Shown here in pieces: positions 1-8,767 of a DNA stretch of 64,000 bases. The notes beneath the pieces were generated by a model. It was given only the letters and a program-made list of their open reading frames with translations, made no database searches and was not told where the DNA came from. The translations under genes were made by a program, and so were the position numbers. The first letter of the stretch is position 1. Each line of letters starts with the position of its first letter. Source of the stretch: Acidaminococcales bacterium (lineage in GTDB: Bacteria > Bacillota > Negativicutes > Acidaminococcales > JAISLQ01); the NCBI GenBank assembly GCA_031551525.1, contig JAVBNN010000009.1, positions 1,120-65,119 of the forward strand, written 5' to 3'.

Positions 1-645
1 TTTACGGCAAACTAGAAAAAATTTTGAAAAAAACGACTCGTTTCCCTGGCTTTGTTTGCGATTGGTGTGAGCCTGTAGTAACACTTCGAGGCGTTTGAGG
101 AAAGCGTCGCAGAATATGGCCAAAAGAGCGGCTGGAATGGCGCCGGCCAGGATGAGTTCCTGATTGGCTGTGGCTATGCCGCGGAAAATAAGGTCACCGA
201 GACCGCCCGCGCCCACCAAAGTCGCCAGGGTAGTCACCCCGATCATCAAAACGGTGGCGGTGCGTATACCGCCCATGATTACAGGCGTTGCCAGAGGCAG
301 CTCTATTTTAAAGAGGATCTGATGACCGGTCATGCCCATACCAACTCCTGCCTCAATGATAGCAGGAGTGACGCCGGTAATGCCGATATAGGTATTTCTT
401 ATGATAGGCAACAGTCCGTAAATGATAAGCGCTACTATAGCCGGCGCGGGGCCTATGCCGAGAAAAGGTATCATAAAGCCCAACAGGGCCAGACTGGGTA
501 TAGTCTGCATGACACCGGCAAAATTTATCACCGGGTCAGCCAGCCATTTGTGTCTGGTAAGGAAAATACCCGCAGGAACGGCAAGCGCAACAACTATGGA
601 CATTGCTACCAGAGTAAGTTCCAAATGCTGTATGGTCAGGGTCAC
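1..645 (-). CDS. Osmoprotectant (glycine betaine/choline-type) ABC transporter permease, N-terminal part. The ORF runs off the window edge and may be a permease-substrate-binding-domain fusion.
   Basis: My own translation of the minus strand from GTG (complement of 643-645) gives VTLTIQHLELTLVAMSIVVALAVPAGIFLTRHKWLADPVINFAGVMQTIPSLALLGFMIPFLGIGPAPAIVALIIYGLLPIIRNTYIGITGV...IEAGVGMGMTGHQILFKIELPLATPVIMGGIR. This is a typical OpuB/OpuC-type membrane domain. No stop occurs before position 1, which is why it is absent from the ORF track. It starts 30 nt downstream of the ATPase gene. Confidence 0.75.
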   Translation of the reverse strand, partial: MTLTIQHLELTLVAMSIVVALAVPAGIFLTRHKWLADPVINFAGVMQTIPSLALLGFMIPFLGIGPAPAIVALIIYGLLPIIRNTYIGITGVTPAIIEAGVGMGMTGHQILFKIELPLATPVIMGGIRTATVLMIGVTTLATLVGAGGLGDLIFRGIATANQELILAGAIPAALLAIFCDAFLKRLEVLLQAHTNRKQSQGNESFFSKFFLVCRK

Positions 646-674
646 TATATCATCCCACCTTGACGTGAATATGT

Positions 675-1814
675 TCAACATGCGACTTCCCTCCCTTCGA
701 TAAGCTGGCTGGCCATTACGTCGACCAGTTTGCCTCTTGTGATTATACCAAGGAGTTTCTTGTTTTCGTCTGTGACCGCCAGATAAGGAAGTTTAAGGTC
801 GCTCATCATGGCGACCGCCTCTTCGAGCGGTTTGTCCGCTGTAGCCGAGGGCAGGGCGGTAGACATAATATCGGCTACCGTACAGCTCTCTTTACTGTAA
901 TTGCGCATGATGCTCCAAACATCCACCACGCCGAGCAGGCGCTCTTTGCTGTCTACCACAAGGAGGGTGTCGACCTTCTTGTTACGCAATATATTCAGCG
1001 CTTCAGCCAGATAACGACTAGGTTGTACAGTGGTAGGTTTTATTATGATATCTGACAATTTTGGCAGTATGTTCGCTGTTGCGGCCGACAAACGGCTCTC
1101 GCCGATAAACGAACGCACAAAGTCATTGGCCGGATGACGCAAAAGATCTTCCGGCGTAGCAATCTGCATGATCTCGCCTTCTTTCATGACGCAGATACGG
1201 TTGGCGATCTTTAATGCCTCATCCATATCATGTGTGACAAAGACGATAGTTTTATGAAGCTTTGCCTGCAAATTTACCAATTCGTCCTGAAGTTGTTCAC
1301 GGCTGATAGGATCGAGCGCGCTGAACGGTTCATCCATCAATATTATGGGCGGATTGGCGGCCATGGCCCGGATGACCCCTATACGCTGCTGCTGACCGCC
1401 GGACAGCTCGCCCGGATAACGCCCGGCAAATACAGTGGGGTCGAGGTCTACCATCTTCAAAAGCTCATTCACTCTTTCAATATAATCGGCTTGCGGCCAT
1501 TTTTTGAGTCTGGGTACCAGCGCTACATTGTCGGCTATAGTCATATGGGGAAAGAGGCCTATGTTCTGTATTACATAACCAATATTGCGCCGCAGCTCGA
1601 CCGGGTCTGTTTCGGCGATATCTGCGCCATCGACAAATATCCGGCCTTCGGAAGGCTCGATCAAACGGTTGATCATTTTCATGGCAGTCGTTTTGCCACA
1701 GCCGCTAGGGCCTATCAATACAAGCAATTCTCCTTTTAAAATATTCAAATCAAGTGATTTTATGGCAGTAAATTCATCATTGTAGGTTTTACTGACCTGT
1801 TCAAACCTTATCAT
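675..1814 (-). CDS. Osmoprotectant ABC transporter ATP-binding protein with C-terminal tandem CBS domains (OpuAA/OpuCA/BusAA type)
   Basis: Walker A GPSGCGKTT, signature LSGGQQQR and Walker B ILMDEPFSALD are present, followed by a roughly 120-aa CBS-pair-like tail. The start was moved to MIRFEQVSKTY (ATG at 1814), which has a GGAGGT RBS 7 nt upstream. Confidence 0.9.
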   Translation of the reverse strand: MIRFEQVSKTYNDEFTAIKSLDLNILKGELLVLIGPSGCGKTTAMKMINRLIEPSEGRIFVDGADIAETDPVELRRNIGYVIQNIGLFPHMTIADNVALVPRLKKWPQADYIERVNELLKMVDLDPTVFAGRYPGELSGGQQQRIGVIRAMAANPPIILMDEPFSALDPISREQLQDELVNLQAKLHKTIVFVTHDMDEALKIANRICVMKEGEIMQIATPEDLLRHPANDFVRSFIGESRLSAATANILPKLSDIIIKPTTVQPSRYLAEALNILRNKKVDTLLVVDSKERLLGVVDVWSIMRNYSKESCTVADIMSTALPSATADKPLEEAVAMMSDLKLPYLAVTDENKKLLGIITRGKLVDVMASQLIEGREVAC

Positions 1815-1831
1815 GGCAAGACCTCCTATCC

Positions 1832-1876
1832 ACAACTTACAACTCTTATTATAGACTATGAGTTGTAGGTTGGCAA
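1832..1876 (-). promoter_or_regulatory. Sigma-70-type promoter of the transporter operon, with an overlapping inverted/direct repeat that is a candidate BusR-type operator
   Basis: On the minus strand, TTGCCA (complement of 1871-1876), a 17-nt spacer and TATAAT (complement of 1848-1853) form the promoter. ACAACTC (1839-1845) and GAGTTGT (1860-1866) form a 7-bp inverted repeat bracketing the -10. An extra ACAACT copy lies at 1832-1837. Confidence 0.45.
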
Positions 1877-1939
1877 GATTTAAAAATGTATACATAAAAA
1901 AACAGGCGTTGTCACACCTGTTTTACTGCAAATCAAGAA

Positions 1940-2563
1940 TTAAGTTTGTCCGCTGTGTATAAAAGCTATCGCTTTACTTATCGCCTCCAGTGTGCCGACG
2001 ACTACCAGTCGGTCGCCTACGTCCATCCTTTCCTGCGGGCCTGGGGAGATGACAACCTGGCCCTTTCGTCTTATAGCGACCACGGTAGATTTGGTGTGCT
2101 GCCAAAAATATGTTTCGCCGATTGATTTATTGACCATATAAGATTGGTGTGATAACTCTATTTCTATAGGATTGTAAGGGGTTATATCCTTGAACCGATT
2201 CGAATGTTCGATAATTTCCTGGAACAAGCCTTCCATTTCCATGTCCAGTTTTCTCTTTTGTTGGAGCAGTTCGCTAAACCTTTCTTTCAAAGAATATAGC
2301 GATTCCATATTTTTATTTTCTTCTACAAAAGTATAGGCATTTAGCGCGGAAAGCACCAACGGTTCTTTACCCTGTGACACCGCGACCACAGCGGCGCCTT
2401 TTAACATGGAGATAGCTTTGCGGATGGTTTCTGGTGACACTTTATAACCACCGGCCAGCATGGAACGGCCGGATATCTTTGCGCCAATGGGAAACTCGCC
2501 GGTCACTATTCGCTGGGCTATATCGACGGCGATTTTTTGATATATTGGTATGTCCTGATTCAT
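1940..2563 (-). CDS. GntR-family transcriptional regulator with C-terminal TrkA-C/RCK_C domain (BusR-like)
   Basis: The N-terminal winged HTH reads IYQKIAVDIAQRIVTGEFPIGAKISGRSMLAGGYKVSPETIRKAISML. The C-terminal TrkA_C-like segment reads VVAIRRKGQVVISPGPQERMDVGDRLVVVGTLEAI. Start chosen at MNQDIPIY (ATG 2563) behind GGAGGG. It lies directly upstream of the osmoprotectant transporter, as busR does in lactic acid bacteria. Confidence 0.75.
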   Translation of the reverse strand: MNQDIPIYQKIAVDIAQRIVTGEFPIGAKISGRSMLAGGYKVSPETIRKAISMLKGAAVVAVSQGKEPLVLSALNAYTFVEENKNMESLYSLKERFSELLQQKRKLDMEMEGLFQEIIEHSNRFKDITPYNPIEIELSHQSYMVNKSIGETYFWQHTKSTVVAIRRKGQVVISPGPQERMDVGDRLVVVGTLEAISKAIAFIHSGQT

Positions 2564-2678
2564 TTCCAGCCCTCCGTTATAATTAATATTGTGAATAAAA
2601 AATACCGGCAAATTTTTATACTAATGTTATAATCATTATATACCCTGATTGTAAAATAAATAAGGAGGGTGTTTTATT

Positions 2679-3077
2679 ATGTATGAAGATGTTATGGAAC
2701 AAAAAATATGGGCAGTTGCAGGTGCTTCGGAAGACTCGACAAAGTTTGGGTATAAGATATATAAAAAACTGAAAGAGAAAGGCTACACAGTATATCCATT
2801 GAATCCCGGTCTGGAAACCGTTATGGGTGAAAAATGCTATGCCAAGATCGCCGATCTGCCGCAAAAACCGGCTGTGGTGAACGTGGTCGTACCGCCGAAG
2901 GCCGCGATAGATGTAGCTAAACAAGCAGCGGCAGCCGGAGTGGAGTGTATATGGTTCCAGCCGGGAGCCAATACGGCGGAAGTGGTGGCGGAAGCAAAAA
3001 AATTCGGTATGAGAGTGGTTGCAGATGCCTGTGTGCTAGTAGAACTTAGAAAAGACATATTTTGTAAGATGCAATGA
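2679..3077 (+). CDS. CoA-binding domain protein (YccU/YneT family)
   Basis: The ORF-track protein reads WAVAGASEDSTKFGYKIYKKLKEKGYTVYPLNP...VVNVVVPPKAAIDVAKQAAAAGVECIWFQPGA, the CoA_binding_2 pattern. An AAGGAGGG RBS is present. Confidence 0.75.
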   Translation: MYEDVMEQKIWAVAGASEDSTKFGYKIYKKLKEKGYTVYPLNPGLETVMGEKCYAKIADLPQKPAVVNVVVPPKAAIDVAKQAAAAGVECIWFQPGANTAEVVAEAKKFGMRVVADACVLVELRKDIFCKMQ

Positions 3078-3183
3078 TGTGACGGCGGTTTTTCTACTTT
3101 GCAACGCTGACCGCCAAGTATTTCTTTTTGTATTATAGCATGGTAGAATGCATTTACTGTATTGTATATGAAGGAGGAGTAAC

Positions 3184-3663
3184 GTGTCGGAAACAGAACA
3201 GCTTGCCCTCGCGAGGGTGGCGGCAGCACTCGAAAAGTATGGCGATTTGCAGGCAATAACCTTTTCCGTTGATACCAGCACAGCAGAATTGGCCGCTCAA
3301 GCGGTCGGAGTGGCAGTGGGGCAGATAGCCAAATCTCTATGTTTTTTAGGCGACGGTCAGCCTTTTTTAGTAGTTACGGTAGGCGACCGCAAAATGGATA
3401 CACGTAAACTGGGCAAACAAGTGGGCGTCAAAAAAGTGCGTTTTGCCGATGCTGACACAGCTTATGCAGCTACCGGTTTTTTGCCGGGCGGGGTATGCCC
3501 GTTTGCGCTTAAAACTTCTTTACCTGTCTATGTAGATGAAAGCCTTTTCCAGTATGATATGGTGTATGCTTCGGCCGGTACGGCCAGTTCTGCACTGCCA
3601 ATCACTCCAACCAGACTGAAAGAGATAACAGGCGGGCGGGTGGTAGACGCTACTACAATTTAA
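3184..3663 (+). CDS. YbaK/EbsC-type aminoacyl-tRNA editing (deacylase) domain protein
   Basis: 159 aa with KSLCFLGDGQPFLVVTVGDRKMDTRKLGK...GFLPGGVCPFAL, characteristic of the tRNA_edit (YbaK/ProX) fold. GTG start. Confidence 0.65.
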   Translation: MSETEQLALARVAAALEKYGDLQAITFSVDTSTAELAAQAVGVAVGQIAKSLCFLGDGQPFLVVTVGDRKMDTRKLGKQVGVKKVRFADADTAYAATGFLPGGVCPFALKTSLPVYVDESLFQYDMVYASAGTASSALPITPTRLKEITGGRVVDATTI

Positions 3664-3897
3664 GTCTGGTAATTAGTGCGTCACATCACTAGGACTTAAG
3701 TATCATTTTGCAAATAAAATATATTTCCTGACTGGCAATATGAAAATGAATTTTTAGCATATATATGTATGATTTTTTAAATACACACAATATATTGTTG
3801 TTTGTGCAATTTATATTACCCAAATAGTGAGTATTCATCAGACAAAACATTCCTGCGCACTAGCAGGAATAATTTTTTTTGTGTAGAAATTATGGTG

Positions 3898-3925
3898 AAA
3901 GTGGTGTAAAGTGGTATAAAGTGGT
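3898..3925 (+). promoter_or_regulatory. Three direct AAAGTGGT repeats with exact 10-bp phasing, a candidate MraZ operator
   Basis: AAAGTGGT occurs at 3898-3905, 3908-3915 and 3918-3925, ending 35 nt upstream of the mraZ ATG. MraZ is known to bind phased GTG-containing direct repeats in its own promoter. Confidence 0.6.
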
Positions 3926-3959
3926 AAAAAATAAAAGTTAAGGGAAGGAGTGGCCGGAC

Positions 3960-4391
3960 ATGTTTATGGGTGAATATCAACACAATATCGATGTTAAAGG
4001 CCGCATAAGCTTTCCCGCCAAATTCCGTGAACAACTAGGGCAACGCTTTATCGCCACCAAGGGTTTGGATAAGTGTCTGTTCGTCTACTCGGAAGAAGAG
4101 TGGAAGGCACTTGAAGATAAACTCAAACAACTCCCAACTACCAGTAAGGATGCCAGGTCGGTCGTCAGATTTTTCTTCTCCGGCGCCACAGAGCTGGAGT
4201 GCGATAAACTGGGACGGATATTGTTACCGAGCAACCTGAGGGAACACGCGGCTTTAAACAGGGAAATATCCATCATCGGCGTCGGCGGGCGCATAGAGAT
4301 ATGGGATAGCGAGTGTTGGCGCAAATATAATGAAGAATCCGGAGAAGTCATCAATAACATAGCTGAACAACTGGTCAGCCTGGGTATATAA
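3960..4391 (+). CDS. mraZ: Transcriptional regulator MraZ
   Basis: [27 protein letters not shown] and a second SpoVT/AbrB-like half ([17 protein letters not shown]). First gene of the dcw cluster. Confidence 0.95.
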   Translation: MFMGEYQHNIDVKGRISFPAKFREQLGQRFIATKGLDKCLFVYSEEEWKALEDKLKQLPTTSKDARSVVRFFFSGATELECDKLGRILLPSNLREHAALNREISIIGVGGRIEIWDSECWRKYNEESGEVINNIAEQLVSLGI

Positions 4392-4393
4392 AA

Positions 4394-5332
4394 GTGGAAA
4401 ACAGCAAGTTTATGCACAAAAGTGTATTGCTTGACGAAGCGGTAGACTGGTTGGTCGATGACCCCGCCGGGACATATGTCGACTGCACTCTGGGTGGTGG
4501 CGGACACGCTCTTGCGATAGCCGGGCGATTGAGCGCTAAAGGTGTGCTCGTCGGTATAGACCAGGACGAGGACGCACTCAAGGCCGCCGCCGAAAGACTA
4601 AAGAACGTCGAATGTCGCCTAAAGCTGGTAAAAAGCAATTTTAGCCACCTTTCCGCAATACTTGAAGGAGAGGGACTGGGCAAGGTGAACGGCGTACTGT
4701 TTGATCTTGGCGTATCTTCCTATCAACTGGACACTCCAGAACGGGGTTTTTCCTACATGCAGGACGGCCTTTTGGATATGCGGATGGACAGGGAGAGCGA
4801 ACTGACTGCCGGGAAAGTAGTTAATGACTATCCGGAAAAAAAACTGGCCGACATCATCTGGCGTTACGGAGAAGAGCGTTGGGCCAAACGCATAGCACAG
4901 TTTATCGTAACCGCCCGACAGGAAAAACACATCGACACTACTGCGGAACTGGTCACTATAATCAAAAAAGCGGTACCCAAAGGAGCGCGGCAGGATGGAC
5001 CGCATCCCGCTAAACGCACCTTCCAGGCGATCCGCATAGAAGTAAACAACGAACTTGGCATACTGGAAAACGTATTCACTCAAGCAGTAGAAAACCTTGT
5101 TTCCGGTGGACGCATAGCTATAATAACATTTCACTCGCTCGAGGACCGGATAGCTAAACAAACTCTGACCATTTTAAGGAAAGGCTGTCAATGCCCGCCC
5201 AGCATACCAGTATGTGTATGCGGCAAGCGGCCGTTATTGAGTGATGTGAGCAGAAAAGTTCCGGACATTGAAGAAATAGAAAAAAATCCGCGGGCCCGCA
5301 GTGCTAAATTGCGGATGGCCATCAAAATATGA
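4394..5332 (+). CDS. rsmH: 16S rRNA (cytosine1402-N4)-methyltransferase RsmH (MraW)
   Basis: HKSVLLDEAVDWL, the SAM motif DCTLGGGGH, FDLGVSSYQLD and SFHSLEDRIAK-like ITFHSLEDRIAK. The start could instead be the ATG at 4412. Confidence 0.95.
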   Translation: MENSKFMHKSVLLDEAVDWLVDDPAGTYVDCTLGGGGHALAIAGRLSAKGVLVGIDQDEDALKAAAERLKNVECRLKLVKSNFSHLSAILEGEGLGKVNGVLFDLGVSSYQLDTPERGFSYMQDGLLDMRMDRESELTAGKVVNDYPEKKLADIIWRYGEERWAKRIAQFIVTARQEKHIDTTAELVTIIKKAVPKGARQDGPHPAKRTFQAIRIEVNNELGILENVFTQAVENLVSGGRIAIITFHSLEDRIAKQTLTILRKGCQCPPSIPVCVCGKRPLLSDVSRKVPDIEEIEKNPRARSAKLRMAIKI

Positions 5333-5350
5333 GAGGAGGGGCCGGTAAAC

Positions 5351-5782
5351 ATGTTGGCAAGAAAACTTGATTATCCTGAATACGATTACACCGCATACGA
5401 AACATACGAAGACACTGTGTACACGGAACCCTCTGTACGGCAGAAACCACGCGCAGTTTATACTAAAAACCTGCGCTGCGAATTCAGTATACTGGTAGGG
5501 ATAGTTCTGTTCTTTGCATTTTTTCTGGTCGCACGTGGCGACGTATCCATAAGAAAGGGCTATGAACTGGTGGCAGCACAAAGGCAGGAAAATGAACTCA
5601 TAAAAAATAATGAACATTTAAAAGTCCATTTGGCCGGACTTAAAGCACCGGAACGCATTACTGGCATGGCTTTGCAGATAGGAATGATACCGGCCGACAA
5701 AAATATCTACGTAAAGGCCGGACCGTCGGGACAAACTGCGCCTAAGGAAGATAAGCTGCGTATGGCGTGGAAAAAAGATTGA
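5351..5782 (+). CDS. ftsL: Cell division protein FtsL
   Basis: Bitopic architecture: a charged N-terminus, one TM (FSILVGIVLFFAFFLVA), a coiled coil, then LKAPERITGMALQIGMIP, typical of FtsL. Located after rsmH. Confidence 0.75.
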   Translation: MLARKLDYPEYDYTAYETYEDTVYTEPSVRQKPRAVYTKNLRCEFSILVGIVLFFAFFLVARGDVSIRKGYELVAAQRQENELIKNNEHLKVHLAGLKAPERITGMALQIGMIPADKNIYVKAGPSGQTAPKEDKLRMAWKKD

Positions 5783-5844
5783 CAGGTAGTTAAGAATACA
5801 AAAAAAACCAACCTGTGCTACAATCTATATATGGTCTGTTTGCG

Positions 5845-5881
5845 ATAAAGATTGGCAGCCTGGCGAAAGGCTGCCTTTATT
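5845..5881 (+). terminator. Terminator-like hairpin in the ftsL-murE spacer
   Basis: GGCAGCC (5854-5860), an 8-nt loop and GGCTGCC (5869-5875), followed by TTTATT. Confidence 0.4.
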
Positions 5882-5897
5882 GTAGGGAGGGTTTCTT

Positions 5898-7376
5898 GTG
5901 GCAAAATCATTGCAGGAGCTACTATCGGTATTAGATAGCTGCGAAATAACCGGATCTGAAGATGTATTGATTGAAGGCCTTTCCGACGATTCGCGCAATA
6001 TAAAAAAAGGCTTTCTGTTCATTTGCCATGCCGGATTTAAAAGCGACGGATATAGTTATGTGAAAAATGCCCTCGATAACGGGGCTGTGGCAATACTGAC
6101 CGACAAGGAGCTGGGCGGCTTGCCGGCCACGGTTGTCAAAGTAGCCGACAGCAACACCGCCATGCAAAAACTGGCGCCGCATTTCTTTGACTACCCGTCA
6201 CATAAAATGGCTATAATAGGTGTTACCGGCACTAACGGCAAAACCACCGTCACCCATATGCTAAGGCAGATATTTGCCGCTGCCGGACACATGACCGGCG
6301 TTATCGGCACCATACACGCCATGAGTGGCGAACGGGAAATACCGGTCAAAAATACTACGCCCGACGTCATGGAATTACAAACACTACTTGCCCAAATGTA
6401 TAATGATGGAGTAAAATATATATTTATGGAAGTGTCTTCGCACGCGCTTAGCCTCGAGCGTGTAGCGGGCTGTGAATTTGACATAGCCGTACTTACCAAT
6501 ATTACCCAAGATCACCTTGATTTTCATAAAACCTTCGAGGCTTATGTCGGGGCCAAAACACTTTTATTCAGCAGGCTGGAAAATAACCGTATAAAAAAAG
6601 GCGCAAAGGCTGTTATTAACACTGACGACCCGAGTGCCGCGGCCATAATGGCGGCCACCGGCGTGCCTGTCGTGACATATGGCCTGAAAGCGGGAAATGA
6701 TGTTTTTCCGCTTAAAACCAATCTTCAGGCCAAAGGAATGAAACTGTTGTTATCGACGCCGGGCGGTGAGCTGGACCTGTCTATCGCCACCACCGGACAT
6801 TTCAATGTATATAACGTCATGGCGGCGGTAAGCGCTGCCTGGGCGGCCGGTATTGCCCCGGAAACCATACAAAGCGGTCTCAATGCTTTTACTGCCGTTC
6901 CCGGGCGTTTCGAGCTGGTAGAAAGCGGCCAGCCGTTCACTGTTATCGTGGATTATGCTCACACGCCGGACGGCCTAGAAAATGTCCTCACGAGCGCCCG
7001 GCAGATAGCGCAGAATAAACTGATCGCAGTTTTTGGCTGCGGCGGTGACCGTGACAAAACCAAGCGCCCCTTGATGGGTTCCATAGCCGCGCGTCTATCA
7101 GACCATGTTTTTATCACATCTGATAATCCGCGCAGCGAGGTCCCTGAAAATATTATTGAAAATATAAAAACCGGCGTCCCGGATAAGGAAAACTATACGA
7201 CCATCGTTGACCGCAGGTCGGCCATAGAGTCGGCGCTGGCCGAGGCCGGAGCCGGAGATGTTGTGGTTATTGCCGGCAAAGGGCATGAAACCTATCAGAT
7301 ACTAAAAGACCGGACGATAGATTTCGATGACCGACAGGTAGCCAGAGATTATTTGAAAGGAAAATGGCGGGTATGA
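5898..7376 (+). CDS. murE: UDP-N-acetylmuramoyl-L-alanyl-D-glutamate--2,6-diaminopimelate ligase
   Basis: P-loop GVTGTNGKTT, Mur ligase middle and C-terminal domains, and the DNPR motif (TSDNPRSE) associated with meso-DAP specificity. GTG start behind GGGAGGG. Confidence 0.93.
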   Translation: MAKSLQELLSVLDSCEITGSEDVLIEGLSDDSRNIKKGFLFICHAGFKSDGYSYVKNALDNGAVAILTDKELGGLPATVVKVADSNTAMQKLAPHFFDYPSHKMAIIGVTGTNGKTTVTHMLRQIFAAAGHMTGVIGTIHAMSGEREIPVKNTTPDVMELQTLLAQMYNDGVKYIFMEVSSHALSLERVAGCEFDIAVLTNITQDHLDFHKTFEAYVGAKTLLFSRLENNRIKKGAKAVINTDDPSAAAIMAATGVPVVTYGLKAGNDVFPLKTNLQAKGMKLLLSTPGGELDLSIATTGHFNVYNVMAAVSAAWAAGIAPETIQSGLNAFTAVPGRFELVESGQPFTVIVDYAHTPDGLENVLTSARQIAQNKLIAVFGCGGDRDKTKRPLMGSIAARLSDHVFITSDNPRSEVPENIIENIKTGVPDKENYTTIVDRRSAIESALAEAGAGDVVVIAGKGHETYQILKDRTIDFDDRQVARDYLKGKWRV

Positions 7377-8743
7377 TCAGAATTAGTGAAATCTGCCAGT
7401 TTACCGGCGGCGGCGCGATACAGCCGTATGATGATTTTGAAGTGGGCGGCGTCAGCACGGACAGTCGTCTGGTAAAAAACGGGGACGTATTTGTCGCTCT
7501 CGAAGGGGAAAATTATAACGGTCATGATTTTTGCCAGGTTGCCGTTCAAAAAGGCGCGAAAGCCCTCGTTGTATCAAACCTGCCGCAACCTTTGCCGGAT
7601 AGCGTGGTAGTTATCAAGGTAAAAAACACACTAAAAGCCTATCAGGATATAGCCGCTTGCCACAGAAGCAAGTTCAATCTGCCGGTGGTTGCTGTTACTG
7701 GTTCGGCCGGGAAAACATCTACCAAAGATATCATCGCCGCCGCGCTTTCTGAAAGCAAAAATGTTCTGAAAAGCCAGGGAAACCACAATAATGAAATAGG
7801 CCTGCCGCTCACCTTGCTTGACTTGACGCCGCAGCACCAGGTGTTGGTGGTAGAGTTAGGTATGCGTGGATTGGGACAAATCAGGGAACTGGCTGAAATA
7901 GCCAGGCCGGACATTGCCGTCGTGACCAATGTCGGGCAAACACACATAGAATTATTAGGTTCACAGGAAAATATCGTTGCCGCCAAACGTGAGCTGGTGG
8001 AAAGCCTGTCGGACAGCGGCACAGCTATTTTAAACGGCGACGACACTTACGTGAGAGAAATGGCATCCGCCACCAAAGCAAGGAAGCTTTTCTACGGACT
8101 GGGAGAAAGCGCCGATATTACGGCGAAAAACATAAAACGCGAAGGACTGACAACAGTATTTTGTTGTGCAAATAAAATAAGCGGACAAGAATACGAAGTA
8201 CGGCTCCCTTTACTGGGTGAACACAATGTATATAACGCGCTGGCGGCAATAGCGGTGACCACAGTGTTGAAGATAGATAAAGACATTATGCTATCTGGCC
8301 TTGCGACAACCGTTCTCAGCGGCATGCGCCAGGAAGTCAGTGAAGCGGGTGGTTTACTGCTTGTCAATGACGCCTATAACGCCAATCCGGCGGCCATGTG
8401 TGCCGCCGCTAAAATGCTGAACAATATGCCCGGCAAACGCAAGGTCATGATACTGGGTGATATGCTGGAACTAGGCGACATGTCCGACGAAGCGCACCGT
8501 GCAGTGGGGCGGGAAATAGTCCGCCAGGGGATAGACATGGTAGTGACTGTAGGCGATAAATCCGCGTTGATTTCACGAGAGAGCGCCGAACAAGGGGTAC
8601 GTTCCTGGCATTTTGCGGAAAAAACGCCGGTTTTGCCGCTGCTAGAAGAAATATTGCAGCCGGGCGATACGGTACTCTTCAAAGGATCGCGCGGCATGCG
8701 CATGGAAGAACTGCTGGACGGCCTTAAAGAAAAAATAACCTAA
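7364..8743 (+). CDS. murF: UDP-N-acetylmuramoyl-tripeptide--D-alanyl-D-alanine ligase
   Basis: VTGSAGKTSTKD P-loop, NNEIGLPLTLL and DAYNANP. Overlaps the murE stop. Confidence 0.93.
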   Translation: MAGMIRISEICQFTGGGAIQPYDDFEVGGVSTDSRLVKNGDVFVALEGENYNGHDFCQVAVQKGAKALVVSNLPQPLPDSVVVIKVKNTLKAYQDIAACHRSKFNLPVVAVTGSAGKTSTKDIIAAALSESKNVLKSQGNHNNEIGLPLTLLDLTPQHQVLVVELGMRGLGQIRELAEIARPDIAVVTNVGQTHIELLGSQENIVAAKRELVESLSDSGTAILNGDDTYVREMASATKARKLFYGLGESADITAKNIKREGLTTVFCCANKISGQEYEVRLPLLGEHNVYNALAAIAVTTVLKIDKDIMLSGLATTVLSGMRQEVSEAGGLLLVNDAYNANPAAMCAAAKMLNNMPGKRKVMILGDMLELGDMSDEAHRAVGREIVRQGIDMVVTVGDKSALISRESAEQGVRSWHFAEKTPVLPLLEEILQPGDTVLFKGSRGMRMEELLDGLKEKIT

Positions 8744-8767
8744 GCGTAAAGGATAGGTAAACGCTGA

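Noticed and set aside
322-703. Plus-strand ORFs 322-663 and 422-703 from the ORF track
   Set aside because: They lie antisense to a much more convincing minus-strand ABC permease frame (1-645) with clear transporter motifs. Their translations are low-complexity and have no motifs.
3898-3925. Short phased repeats considered as a possible CRISPR or minisatellite
   Set aside because: There are only three 8-bp units with 2-nt spacers and no spacer-sized unique segments. The position and phasing fit an MraZ operator instead.
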